Positions 27,562 through 39,887 of a stretch of 64,000 nt of DNA are shown piece after piece. The first letter of the stretch is position 1; each line of letters starts with the position of its first letter. Under the pieces are notes generated by a model, which worked only from the letters and a program-made list of their open reading frames with translations, was not told the origin of the DNA and searched no databases. The DNA comes from Rhynchobatus australiae (lineage: Eukaryota). Where the stretch lies: positions 70,868,062 to 70,932,061 of the forward strand of contig JAUZTB010000002.1 in the NCBI GenBank assembly GCA_034780895.1, in the 5' to 3' direction. The position numbers and the translations under genes are program-made.

Positions 27562-27830
27562 CAGGTGAGCCCCGCATTATTAGGTGGGGCAGGGGGTGCG
27601 GATTGTGTTCCTAGAAAACAGTCCATATTTTAATTTTCCGTAACACAAACCTGTGTCTTCTGTGTGTGTGTGTCAAGAAACACAAGTTAAAATGAAATTG
27701 TGTTCATTAATTTACTTTGTCTTTCACACAGATTCTGTGAGAATAAATTTTATTCCATATCTCAAATTTTCGGGTTGTGATTTGTGAATTCTGTGAGGGC
27801 AAATTTCCATAACCTGAATAGCAATGCCTG
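27562..27830. mobile_element. Possible pogo/Tigger-like MITE
   Basis: CAGG...CCTG termini with TA on the right; 5' end caggtgagccccgcattat...gattgtgttcctagaaaac is Tigger-like; TIR match is poor. Confidence 0.35.
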
Positions 27831-27831
27831 T

Positions 27832-28061
27832 AGACACAAGAGAGACCGCAGATGCTGGAAATCTGGAGCAATGCACAAAACACTGGAGGAACTCAGCGGG
27901 TCAAGCAGCATCTATGGAGGGAAATGGAGAGTTGATGTTTCAGGTCCAGACCCTTCACCAGGACTCATCAATCCTGATGATGGGTCTCAACCTGAAACAT
28001 TGACTGTCCATTTCCCTCCCTAGATGTTGCCTGACCCGCTGAGTTCCTCCAGCGTGTTGTG
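27832..28061. mobile_element. Palindromic (inverted dimer) Penelope terminal-repeat element
   Basis: 27874-27965 is the near reverse complement of 27969-28061; right arm runs into an N gap. Confidence 0.9.
27969..28006 (+). ncRNA. Minimal type I hammerhead ribozyme motif (PLE-type), core boxes intact
   Basis: CAATC-CTGATGA-t-GGGT-ctca-ACCT-GAAA-ca-TT-GACTG; stem I 4/5 pairs, stem II with one G-U; stem III palindrome lost by CpG decay. Confidence 0.65.
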
Positions 28062-29909
28062 NNNNNNNNNNNNNNNNNNNNNNNNNNNNNNNNNNNNNNN
28101 NNNNNNNNNNNNNNNNNNNNNNNNNNNNNNNNNNNNNNNNNNNNNNNNNNNNNNNNNNNNNNNNNNNNNNNNNCAAATTACCCTTGCTTCCATTCTATTA
28201 AGACTCCTCTCCTGTCTCACAAAGGCTCGCTCCAAGCCATATGACAGCTAAATTCACAAGCAGGTTCTCTCCAACGTTCTATGGATTTATAAAATCTGTA
28301 CACAAATTGTCTTTTAATACATGCAAAAATACTTTCCAGCTGCAGATAGAATTATGAAACCTTCTCTAGAAGAAGCTCAAGTGTTGTGTGCCACCATCAT
28401 TTTGGATGTAATCAAAGTTGGTGAAAGTCATGTCACCAACGGTAACTACATCCAAAGCCAGTTATACTCTAGCAAATTATCCACATTATCTAATGGTAAC
28501 AAGCAGAGCCTTTGCAAACACAAATGCTATCTCTCCACTAAACAAGAAAACCAAGGCAAATTTATGACGAAAATGATCATGCATTTTACAGAAGGGAATC
28601 TTAAATCTTCTTGAGAGTATTTAGAATTCTATTTTATGTGTTCATATGTATGTTACACAGTAACATAAATCAAGTTTGAAACATTTCATCATATATGAAA
28701 TCTTAGCGACAAAAGTAATACACCAATTTTCTTGCTTTCTTTCTTTACAAACTAAGAGAGAGACTATTTGAAAGCATAAGCTTTTTGGTTCTTGAGATTG
28801 TGGTGCTTCCGTTTTCTTGGGTAGAGTACAGTAAATTATAACATCCTCTTCCAGGTGCAGAAACAGAAATTTGTCAACCCTGGAGTGCCTGAAGTAAAAA
28901 ATGAACCAAGTGTCTGAAGTCACTTATGCTGCTAAAGACTCTTGTAAATATGTTATTGGGGTGATCTTCTGTTGTCCTGAAATCTTTGGCTCCCTTCCCC
29001 TGGGCTGTGCTGTCTGTTCCATCATCAACTCAGTGAAGTCTCCCAGCACTTTGGTGTGTCCCCGTACAGCCAAAGGCTTGTATCATTGCAAGCCGCCTGC
29101 TGCACTCACAGAACAGCTCTGACAGTTGTTGATGCCCTGACTTAGCCTCACAGGCTGCCAGTGTTACTGACTGTGAATATCTTTGATGCCTAGCTCCCAT
29201 TAAAAGATTTAAAAATTAATTTTTAAAAATTTGTTTATCTTACACATTTAAGACAGCAAAAAGAAATGCATTCACATACTTAAGATCAATTACGTTTATT
29301 GCAAATGACCTAAATAAATAATTTAAATGACTACTAACCTTTATCCTGGCAACCACTTTCTTTCATTTAACTGAACAGGTGGCTACCCCTGTGTTTTCAC
29401 CAGGTTTAAGACAGGTCAGCGGGCAGGTTTCCCAGCTTGCGAGCCAGGAAGTCACTCTGCTCTGTTGTACCATGAGGATTCCAGTGAAGCAGGACGGGGT
29501 AGCCACGGCCAGTGGGGACACAGCAGAAGTTTAGGCCCTCACCAGCACTGGAAACTGGGACTTCCTTTGGGAATCCAGGGTAAGAATCGGAATAAATACT
29601 GGCACCAGTGTGAAAGATCAAAATATAAAGTCACTGAGTAAAAGAACAAAGACTTGTCACAGGGCCAGACAATATTGATTTATTAAGGGAAAACGGCCTG
29701 CATTAGTTGAGAAACAAATCAGCAAAGGTGACTGGCAGAAGACATGAGGAAAAACTTTTTCCACACACCAAGTACAATCTGGAATGTACTGTTGAAGAGA
29801 GAAGGAGAAGCAGTTTCAGTCATGGCTGAGAGAAAGAATTGGGATAACAAGCAGAAAAAAAATTGCTTTGCTATGGCGAAAGGGTTGGGGAATGGGATTA
29901 GAATATCGA

Positions 29910-30163
29910 ACATAGAACAGTACAGCACAGAACAGGCCCTTCGGCCCACAATGTTGTGCTGACATAGCTAATCCCTCCTACCTANNNNNNNNNNNNNNNN
30001 NNNNNNNNNNNNNNNNNNNNNNNNNNNNNNNNNNNNNNNNNNNNNNNNNNNNNNNNNNNNNNNNNNNNNNNNNNNNNNNNNNNNGCTAATCCCTCCTACC
30101 TACAGAATGACCATATCCCTCCATTTTCCTCTCATTCATATGCCCATCCAAGCCCCTCTTAAA
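29910..30163 (-). mobile_element. CR1/HER1 3' tail, young subfamily
   Basis: agaacagtacagcacagaacaggccctt...gctaatccctcctacctacagaatg nearly identical to 15497-15575. Confidence 0.85.
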
Positions 30164-30699
30164 AGACAGTGGATCACTCTATGAAAAGTCTTCACAGGCG
30201 CAATAAATAAAGAGATATCTGTGCTGCAATGATTCTATGATTCTCCCTTCCAAAACAGGGACCTAACAAATCTTCTGACTCCCATGATACTGGTAGATCT
30301 GTGAGCATGTTCTAGTGATTCTATTATTGACAATACATACTTGGTAAATGCACTGTGGAAATAGACAGGAAACCCACAATTAAAATATGTATAAGCACCC
30401 TTGATTCAAATTCATTTGCTTTATCCGAAGTTTGATAACACTTTGGGAGACTTACAAAATTTATGACTGAAAGATTTTTGAAAAGATAAAGCACAGGAAA
30501 CAGGAAAAATGTCCTGCCCAGAAAAGTGCAGGAAGAATTTATAGATAAATGATAAAACAGCCACACCACACAGATATCTGGCAAAGTGTTTCCCCATATT
30601 TGCAAGCTGAAGTAGATTATCAGCAGGTGAAGTTTTACTGTCTTAGAATTTCTTGGATCATCACACCGATTACAGAATGGTTGTCACAGCTTACCAAGA

Positions 30700-31030
30700 A
30701 ATTGGACTAGGAACAGGTCATGCCTGCTCCATCTTTCAGTAAGATGGTTACTGATCCTGTACCTCAATATCACTGTTCCCCAAGCCTCCCTGTGCCTGGA
30801 TGCTCCTCGTATGAAGAAATATATTGATCTCCAACCATAGCCAGTAACTAAACTGCCAGTCATCTATGATGGATAATTCCAAAGATTTACAACTTTCTCC
30901 ATTAGAAATTCAATCTTATTTTGCTCTAAATGTTTGACCTCTTATCCTGACACTATATCCCCTGGTTCCAGATTCTCCAAGCTAAGGAAATTGCCTCTCA
31001 GTATCTATCCTGATGATTTCTCTCAGGATC
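30700..31030 (-). mobile_element. Old CR1 3' fragment
   Basis: aattccaaagatttacaac...cccctggttccagattctcc...tctatcctgatgattt, reverse of CR1 C-terminal coding region. Confidence 0.6.
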
Positions 31031-31215
31031 TCTAGCACAGTAAATATAACTAGTCTGCTTTTAAAAATTAGACCAATCTAATCCTGTATCCTTGACTTCA
31101 GCTGAGGAATAGAGCCACAGAGGCATACAGTTATACAGCACGGAAACAGTCCCTTCGGCCCAACTTGCCCATGCTGACTTTTTTTCGTTTTTTAAAAAGG
31201 AAGTAAAGATTTTAC

Positions 31216-31281
31216 CACATATTCTGCCTGGGTAGTCTACAACCCAACGGTATGAACACTGAATTTTCCAATTTTGAGTAA
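31216..31281 (+). mobile_element. Penelope-like GIY-YIG C-terminal fragment
   Basis: Translates HIFCLGSLQPNGMNTEFSNFE*; matches 7914-7997. Confidence 0.8.
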
Positions 31282-31754
31282 CCTATTCAACTTATTTTTG
31301 GTTCACCATGACATCAATTTAATGCAATAGTTCCTGGAGCTCTGCTTCAAAAGGAAGCTCTGCTTCATAGTCGGCCATTCTTCTCTAACCCTTCTATTAT
31401 TTCCTCCATTTCAGTAGTTTGTCCTCAACTAATTAATCTGGCCCAGGAGAAACCCTTGTTTAAGTGGGTAATGTAATCAGTCAAATTATCAGGCCTTAAT
31501 CTGATTCGGTTGTCTATGTTTTGACTCTGAGCTACTTAGAATGGATTTTAGAACCTACCATTTAATTTTGCAATGGGGAATAGAAGCAAAGCTCAGTCGA
31601 TTACACCAGCCAAAGGCTATAATTATGTTATAACCTTTAGTAATGGTCAACATGACCAAAGGCAAGGCTTTACATGCTGCCAACCAGTGATAATTCTAAG
31701 AGTAAACTAGCTGATGACCTGAATCACATGGATATCAAGTGCAGCTCCCATATG

Positions 31755-31893
31755 GAGACACAAGAGGCTACAGATGCTAGAATCTGGAACAAAAAACGAG
31801 CTGCTGGAAGAACTAAGCGGGTCAGGCAGCATCTGTGGGGGGAAATGGACAGTTGACATTTCGGGTTGAGACCCTTCATCAGGACTCATCAGG
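31755..31893 (-). mobile_element. Penelope terminal repeat (subfamily A)
   Basis: gagacacaagag...cagatgct.gaatctgga...gggtcaggcagcatctgtgg...; same family as copies at 7430 and 27832. Confidence 0.85.
31850..31887 (-). ncRNA. Minimal type I hammerhead ribozyme motif, best preserved copy
   Basis: Minus strand GAGTC-CTGATGA-a-GGGT-ctca-ACCC-GAAA-tg-TC-AACTG: intact core boxes, perfect stem II, GUC cleavage triplet; first stem I pair mismatched. Confidence 0.7.
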
Positions 31894-32014
31894 TCCCACA
31901 TGGCAGGGTGAAAGACCTCCAGTTGGGCGGCTTCTTTGTAATGCTTCAATACCCAGTTAACTACCCCACAGCAGTCATCATGTTCACATCATGCTGAACC
32001 ACAACAAAGACATA

Positions 32015-33075
32015 AACAACAACCACGAGTTTTTACATTGTCAAATTACTCGAGATATTTCACAGTATTATCAAACAATATTCAACACTGAGACACGCAA
32101 GGAGGTATTAGGGAAGATGACAGAGAAAGATATTAAGAAGTCACTTTGAAGAAAGAGATATAAAGAGGTAGAGAAGTTAATGGAGTGGGCTCCAGAGTTT
32201 AAGAGATTCACAGGCAGTGACGCAACGATTATAGATGAAGACATTAAAATCAGAAATGCTGAAGCAGTCAGAATTGACAGAGCAACTCACAGCGTGTAGA
32301 GAAGCAAGAAACTACAGCTGCTGGAAATCTGTCGTAAAAACAGAAAATACTGGAAATTCTTAACGGGTCAGACACACTCATGTAGAGAGATAAAGAGTTC
32401 ATATTTTAGGCAGATGATTTTAACCTGAAAAGTTAACCTTGTTCCTCTCTCCACAGATACTGCTTGACCTGTTGAGAAGGTCCAGTGTTTTCTGTTTTTA
32501 TTTGGGAGGTTGAGAGGTTGGAAAAAACTACAAAGCGAGGGAGAGGCAAGGACACAAAGGGAATTGAAAACGAGAATGAGAATTTCAAAATCAAAGTGTT
32601 AACTGGGGCAGTGAGTGAATGATGGTGAACAGGATTTGGTGCAATTCAGTACAAAGGATGACCTGGAGTCCATAAAGAATGGACCAAAGACGGTGACTAG
32701 GGGCATATTGTAATAGTCAAGTCTAGAGGTAGCATAGGCACAGAGCATGATTTCAACTTCACATCTCAGACAGGAACAACGTTGCGTGGTGTTATGGAAG
32801 TGGAAACAGATGACCTTATTCATGATGCAGATATGTCATCTGAAGCCCATCTCAGTGTTAAATATGACACCAAGTTTGCAATATTGTCGCTGTATTATAT
32901 CATGCAACTGAGAGACAGCATGTTGAAATAAATTAAGACCAAGGAGAAATCCTTGGATAACAAGGCAGCAAAGAAAGATGGTCCAAATCCACAACTAGAC
33001 AGATAAGAACAGAACCACAGAGAAATGGTCCCACCTTACCCATGACAGTGGAGAGATGTACAAGGATGGTACTGG
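32015..33075 (-). mobile_element. L2-clade LINE 3' fragment, interrupted by a PLE hairpin
   Basis: ORF 32599-32823 CFHFHNTTQRCSCL...EIMLCAYATSRLDYYN resembles L2 FHLRNI..LR...LIHAFVTSRLDYCN. Confidence 0.75.
32305..32502. mobile_element. Inverted dimer of Penelope terminal repeat (subfamily B)
   Basis: taaaaacagaaaatactgga...gggtcagac versus ...tgcttgacctg...tccagtgttttctgttttta; centre acctgaaaagttaac. Confidence 0.75.
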
Positions 33076-36000
33076 ATAGCAATTAGTCTAGTGCAGCCCT
33101 GAGGATTGGTGCCAATTGCTTCACACTTCGGTTTGAAAGTAATGTTCCAGTGCACTGGGGGAACTGGTCGAATTTCTGTCTTTACCTTGTAATGCTAGTA
33201 GCTTGGTATGTACTGGTCCAGCAAGTTGTGGAACACTATTGGTAACTTCACACATGGTGAAGAAGACAGAAGATTTACTTTCCCCACCAAACCATTTTTG
33301 AAAGAGCAATACAATGTACCACTGTCAAATAATCAACAAAGGNNNNNNNNNNNNNNNNNNNNNNNNNNNNNNNNNNNNNNNNNNNNNNNNNNNNNNNNNN
33401 NNNNNNNNNNNNNNNNNNNNNNNNNNNNNNNNNNNNNNNNNNGGAACAAATCTTATGTTTATTCACACAAGGTTTTGCATTTCCACAGGAATCGCCCATC
33501 TCCACCCATTACCACAGTGAAACCACAGGAGATATTTAATAAGCGGTTGTTTCTGCTATGTCTCTCTGGGACCTTCCATCCAAGAACCATAAAGAAATTA
33601 TGAGCAATCCCACTCATTCCCAAAGCAAACAATCCTGTCTTTTGTAGCCCCACTTTTCGTACTACCAGCAACCATTTCCCTTCCTTCAATCCAACCTTTT
33701 GGCATTGACTTTACCACAAGTATAACCAAACATCCATTACATAATAATAAACAAAATCCCACAACTCAGTTCCTTCTATGGTCAGCACTTGATAGCAACA
33801 ACACTATTCTCTGATGTCCACAAAGGATCTGGATTTGTTTCAAGGAGAAACTACACAAGCTTTTGACTGTAGACCATTTTCTGTCTCTCCTTCAATTAAC
33901 TCAGAACATCATGCAGTAGCGGCTGTCAATCTAACTCCCACCTTTCAGCAGTAAGAACAAAGACTTTGATTATCTATTGATAGTCTCTAGGCCTCCAAAT
34001 TTATCTTAAATAAGGCGTCTCTTGACACGTCTAAGAAGGTGAGATTATCAGCAACCACATTAAAAGCAATTATACTGAACAGAATCTGAAATACAGTGAG
34101 AGAAAAGTCACCATGTTTTGCTCTAAACACATCCCGTACTATTACTTGATGCATTTATTGTAAAATTTTATGACTTTATTGCCCTTTCTAATTCAACCAA
34201 ATTGTTACCATTGAATTATTCTTAATTAATACTTTAGTTGGTCTGAGTGAATTTGATCCTTGCCAGGATTCAAATTAAACTGATTAAAACCATTTACTGT
34301 GACANNNNNNNNNNNNNNNNNNNNNNNNNNNNNNNNNNNNNNNNNNNNNNNNNNNNNNNNNNNNNNNNNNNNNNNNNNNNNNNNNNNNNNNNNNNNNNNN
34401 NNNNTGTGACAAACTTGCTTACAGCTTTTAAGGAACATTTTCATTCCAAAACCACTAAGTATGTGGTAATATTGCCGTACATTAACCGATGATTGCAGAA
34501 TGTTGTTGCTGGCAGCCATCATATGCATAGTGATTACAGCTACTGGTTATTTTACATGTACTCTTTCAGTGACCTGTAATGGTGTGCTGAAAGTTGGCCA
34601 AAATACTAATTATGGTAATTATTGGGAGCAGATCTTTTCTACATTAGCCAAACTGATACTTTCTACATTTCTGTAGGACGTTGAGTATGATTATATTGTC
34701 AGCCATATAAATGTAGAATTTCATTATCATTCAGGTGAGTGCCACNNNNNNNNNNNNNNNNNNNNNNNNNNNNNNNNNNNNNNNNNNNNNNNNNNNNNNN
34801 NNNNNNNNNNNNNNNNNNNNNNNNNNNNNNNNNNNNNNNNNNNNNNNNNNNNNNNNNNNNNNNNNNNNNNNNNNNNNNNNNNNNNNNNNNNNNNNNNNNN
34901 NNNNNNNNNNNNNNNNNNNNNNNNNNNNNNNNNNNNNNNNNNNNNNNNNNNNNNNNNNNNNNNNNNNNNNNNNNNNNNNNNNNNNNNNNNNNNNNNNNNN
35001 NNNNNNNNNNNNNNNNNNNNNNNNNNNNNNNNNNNNNNNNNNNNNNNNNNNNNNNNNNNNNNNNNNNNNNNNNNNNNNNNNNNNNNNNNNNNNNNNNNNN
35101 NNNNNNNNNNNNNNNNNNNNNNNNNNNNNNNNNNNNNNNNNNNNNNNNNNNNNNNNNNNNNNNNNNNNNNNNNNNNNNNNNNNNNNNNNNNNNNNNNNNN
35201 NNNNNNNNNNNNNNNNNNNNNNNNNNNNNNNNNNNNNNNNNNNNNNNNNNNNNNNNNNNNNNNNNNNNNNNNNNNNNNNNNNNNNNNNNNNNNNNNNNNN
35301 NNNNNNNNNNNNNNNNNNNNNNNNNNNNNNNNNNNNNNNNNNNNNNNNNNNNNNNNNNNNNNNNNNNNNNNNNNNNNNNNNNNNNNNNNNNNNNNNNNNN
35401 NNNNNNNNNNNNNNNNNNNNNNNNNNNNNNNNNNNNNNNNNNNNNNNNNNNNNNNNNNNNNNNNNNNNNNNNNNNNNNNNNNNNNNNNNNNNNNNNNNNN
35501 NNNNNNGTGGGTAAAACATGACAAGCTTCTGAGAAAAGAGAATGATATTACCATGTTCAGCCAATGAAACTGGAATAAGTCCTGGACTTCAGTCACATCT
35601 GAAATGCCCACAGCAACTTGAGCATTCAGCAGTCAAAGAGGTTCATGTGCCTTGAAATTTAATTATATTGCACATTTTCTTTAAGTGCTACGCAATTAAC
35701 TTCTGATTGCAAAACACAATTATGATCATAAAGAGTTCTAGAATGAAATTTAATCATCAATAAACTGCTGCAGCTTGAAAGATGTCAATCCACATTCAAC
35801 ACCCAACTGGCAGCCTCCTTGTGAAATTGAATCACGGATACATAATTTACACAATGTGTACCACACACAGGATGGCATGCCTTAGCAGTAGGGACATCTG
35901 CACTATTAAAGGGACCATCATTTTGCAGGCTTTTTCAGGAGTTACTTGGAGGAGAGTTCCCTAATTCCAAGAAGGCGAGTACTACAGTGATAGGGTGTGT

Positions 36001-36145
36001 AATGAGTCTGGGTGGGTGCTGAGCTCAAAGTTGCCTTTCAAAGATCTTTATTGTGGGTGTTTTAATCATGGTTCTGCTGGCTATTGTTGATCACAAACAG
36101 CAGGAGGTGGGACAAAGGCAAGGATGAGATGCTGCTGATTCCCAG

Positions 36146-36250
36146 AGAAGGAGTGGAAGAAGGGATATGGCCAGGAAGCCTATTCCCTAAGAGCCTTTGG
36201 AGAGGAATCTCCAATCTGAACAATAGTGCATCCAGAGGCCCAAGTTTACC
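36146..36250 (+). pseudogene. Decayed Harbinger (HARBI1-like) transposase N-terminal fragment
   Basis: RRSGRRDMARKP... then SEQ*CIQRPKFT, resembling RR..RRPYP.R.FR...SE.QC.RRLRF. Confidence 0.45.
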
Positions 36251-39200
36251 AGCTGACGTGGATTAACAGGGACAGAAATTGTGACTGGTTGCTCGGGTAA
36301 TTGCATCATATACACAAACAAAAATCACACACTGATAGCACCAGGACACGTGGGCACCTGGCTCCCAACCAGGACCATTTTAGGACATGTTTTCATGGGC
36401 AAGTGACATTTCTAGCTCTCTGATTCGGTGAGCTTTAAATCTTTGGAATTCTCTCACCCACGGAGTTGCAATATTACAGGTACTAAGGATAGATGAGGAG
36501 TTTTTCAAAGATGAGCTGAACACATTGAAGAAATTGTAGTACACATTGAAGAACACATAAGAAAAAATTTATGTTTATCCCAAAACTCTACCACAGTTCT
36601 TTAAGCCAATGTCAGTGTCTTATGCAATGAAATCAAAACTGAAATGAGAAAATGACAAGCTTCTCAGAGAGAAGGTAATTGAACCTATTAAGAGTTTATG
36701 TCCAGAACACTGACAGCAGCAGAGAAAGTTTACCTGTCATGTTGAAGTACATTTATTGATGTTATTTCACTAGTCGCACAGATCACAAAGCTCTGATTAC
36801 CCTGTTCCATGAAATCAAGTCAATACCTCAAACACTTTTCCCCCAAGCTTAAAGATGGGCTTTGACCTTGAGCACATATGTTGATACAATTGTTTTCAAA
36901 GCAGGAAAATGCCACAGAAATGTATATATCTTCAGACATCTTCCAGTGCCAGAGACGGCTCCTGATAAGGAACACGGGGTCAAATGCAGATGGTGGTCAT
37001 CTGGGCAGTATGCCTGTGAGTAATGTGCAAATAGACAGGTCGACAGCAAAAGATCCTGGACTGACTCATGTTGGGATCAGACAGTCTATCAGAGATTGGG
37101 GATTTCCAGCATACATGTAAAGTTTTATTAAGCAATGTTGAATTGGCTTGGTGGAGTGGGAGCAGGGGGAGGCTGCATGTAGCAATGTGTACACTATACG
37201 TAATTATAGTTGGTCTCCTCCAAGTCATGATGTTTCTGGGGGCTTACCTTGTGTCACTGTTTTGATTGTTGGCAGATGTCATTTTGGTTGATCACTCCAG
37301 GATTGTTTTGCAGACATGTGCATTTAGCTAAGAAAATAAACAAACTTCCTAAAGCACGAAACTTAGTCTCCACCTTTTTGTATGTTAAGGAATAACAGTC
37401 AGTAGCTGAATTCTTAGCAAGCAGCTGCCACCTGGATCACATATGTTAGCTTCTAGTGCTTGTAAATGGGAGTAAACCACATGAGCAACTTCTTAAAGTT
37501 TTGGATGTACCACTTTAGCATTTTTTCACTTTCACTGATTTGACGTTAGGGCAAAACACAGTGCCCACTTAGCAAACCAAAAATGGCTGAAACCCAATTT
37601 CTAAGCTGTTGTTTGAAAATAGGTTTTAAAGAGAAACAAATGTTCTGGTGTACCATTGGAATGTACCACAAGTTGCTCTTTGTTCTGAAGTGGTAGGCTT
37701 TGAATTTCTGCCCATAACAATCCGCACATTGCAACTCTATTTTTGCCTAGTCTACGGGAGCATGACAAGGGCATTGCAATATGCACCCTGCTACTGCCCC
37801 TACCCCACCCCTCATGAGGGGCATGAAGTTTACCTTGGAGAGCCCTATTAGCATTTTACTTATCCAGTGCAATCAGATTACATCAAAAGTCTATTCTCTT
37901 CCTGGAAAGAAACATAGTAAGACATACTTTTGCAAAGATCTCTGTAAGTTCACTGAAAATTAAATCATTATACTTAAAGCATGCCTTCTTTGCCTTCCCC
38001 TGTGGGTCAGTTAGCGATTAGCTGAAATGTGTGAGTTAACCTTGTCAGCTGTGCCTTCAGCTATCTCGACTCCAGCTCTGCAATTAGCTCTCTACACCCC
38101 TCCCTCTCCCTCTTAACACTCACTGATCTGTACTGAATTAGTTGATCAAAGCTGTTTCAGCAGCTGAAGTGCTGCAAATGTAAACCACAGAGCCACAAAA
38201 GGCAAATTTGTCTTCCAACTATAGATCTGTTCAGAAAAAGAGAGTTGATTAAAAAAAATCTGAAAGCTCCAGGTACACATCCAGTTTGGAAAGACGTCAC
38301 TGAAATATCTTTTACTCTGAAAGAGTCAGTTTCTTTCATGTGGAATCCTGTTATTTCTGGGAAGTGTGTGCCATTTTCTTCATAATAGCAAGAGGCAAGT
38401 CCACTGGATAAATTAGCACAGAATACTTGACAACCTCTTTTNNNNNNNNNNNNNNNNNNNNNNNNNNNNNNNNNNNNNNNNNNNNNNNNNNNNNNNNNNN
38501 NNNNNNNNNNNNNNNNNNNNNNNNNNNNNNNNNNNNNNNNNNNNNNNNNNNNNNNNNNNNNNNNNNNNNNNNNNNNNNNNNNNNNNNNNNNNNNNNNNNN
38601 NNNNNNNNNNNNNNNNNNNNNNNNNNNNNNNNNNNNNNNNNNNNNNNNNNNNNNNNNNNNNNNNNNNNNNNNNNNNNNNNNNNNNNNNNNNNNNNNNNNN
38701 NNNNNNNNNNNNNNNNNNNNNNNNNNNNNNNNNNNNNNNNNNNNNNNNNNNNNNNNNNNNNNNNNNNNNNNNNNNNNNNNNNNNNNNNNNNNNNNNNNNN
38801 NNNNNNNNNNNNNNNNNNNNNNNNNNNNNNNNNNNNNNNNNNNNNNNNNNNNNNNNNNNNNNNNNNNNNNNNNNNNNNNNNNNNNNNNNNNNNNNNNNNN
38901 NNNNNNNNNNNNNNNNNNNNNNNNNNNNNNNNNNNNNNNNNNNNNNNNNNNNNNNNNNNNNNNNNNNNNNNNNNNNNNNNNNNNNNNNNNNNNNNNNNNN
39001 NNNNNNNNNNNNNNNNNNNNNNNNNNNNNNNNNTTGACCATTTGACATTGACATAGGTTCATACAATACTATAAATATAAAGGCAATAAAGAATACAAAT
39101 TCCTCACCATAGGAATGTCCAACTAATGTCCTAACAACTGTATTAAGAGAAAAGCACCTGACATGATGCAACAATGAGGGATGGGGAAGCAGGTGTCTCT

Positions 39201-39887
39201 AAAGAATAACCACAAGCCAACTGAATAAGACGATTTCTGATTTTGACAATAAAACACGTTTATTCATTTATTTGTTGTTAACAAAGCAACAGATTGTTTA
39301 AATGTTGCCTTTCCCCGTATAGATCTACTAGTTGAAAATTACTGCAACATTCAGTTGGCAGAGGAAGATGAAGTTCAGCAGATGTTTGAGTTACACAACA
39401 TGCAATGAACTCTGTATTTCATCATTTACCAAAATATGGATTACATGTTTACAAGCATTTGATTTATTTTGCATTAGTACCACATTTGAATGTTATTTAA
39501 TTGTGTCTGAAGTAAATGAGGCTTTGTAACCATCCATGCTTAGCAACCAGCTCTTGTAACCAAAGGCTATACAGAAGGCACTGGATTGGTGGATAAATTA
39601 CAAATTGTCACTGTCTGAACCAACCTTCGGATTGCCACAGAACAGTACAACACAACTATTTTTGTGGGAAGGGGCAGATTGAGGATCTTTATCTCTTTTC
39701 AGGCCACTCATGTACAAAAGACACTCCTGAATTTCCTCAGAGATTCACTCCATTGTCATTCTTATCTCTCTCTGATGTTGGACTCCTCATGAAGCACAAA
39801 TGCATAATGGCAACTTCCTGCAGTTTTCTTGGTGGTTATGCTGGAATATTTTGGCACTGATTCTGCACCAGATTGAACCTGGTTTAG

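Noticed and set aside
28321-29122. Cluster of 70-100 aa ORFs on both strands
   Set aside because: No domain motifs or consistent splice chain; such lengths are expected by chance.
29967-30102. 18-bp direct repeat gctaatccctcctaccta on both sides of a 100-N gap
   Set aside because: Unmerged contig overlap; the sister CR1 copy near 15550 is contiguous with a single copy.
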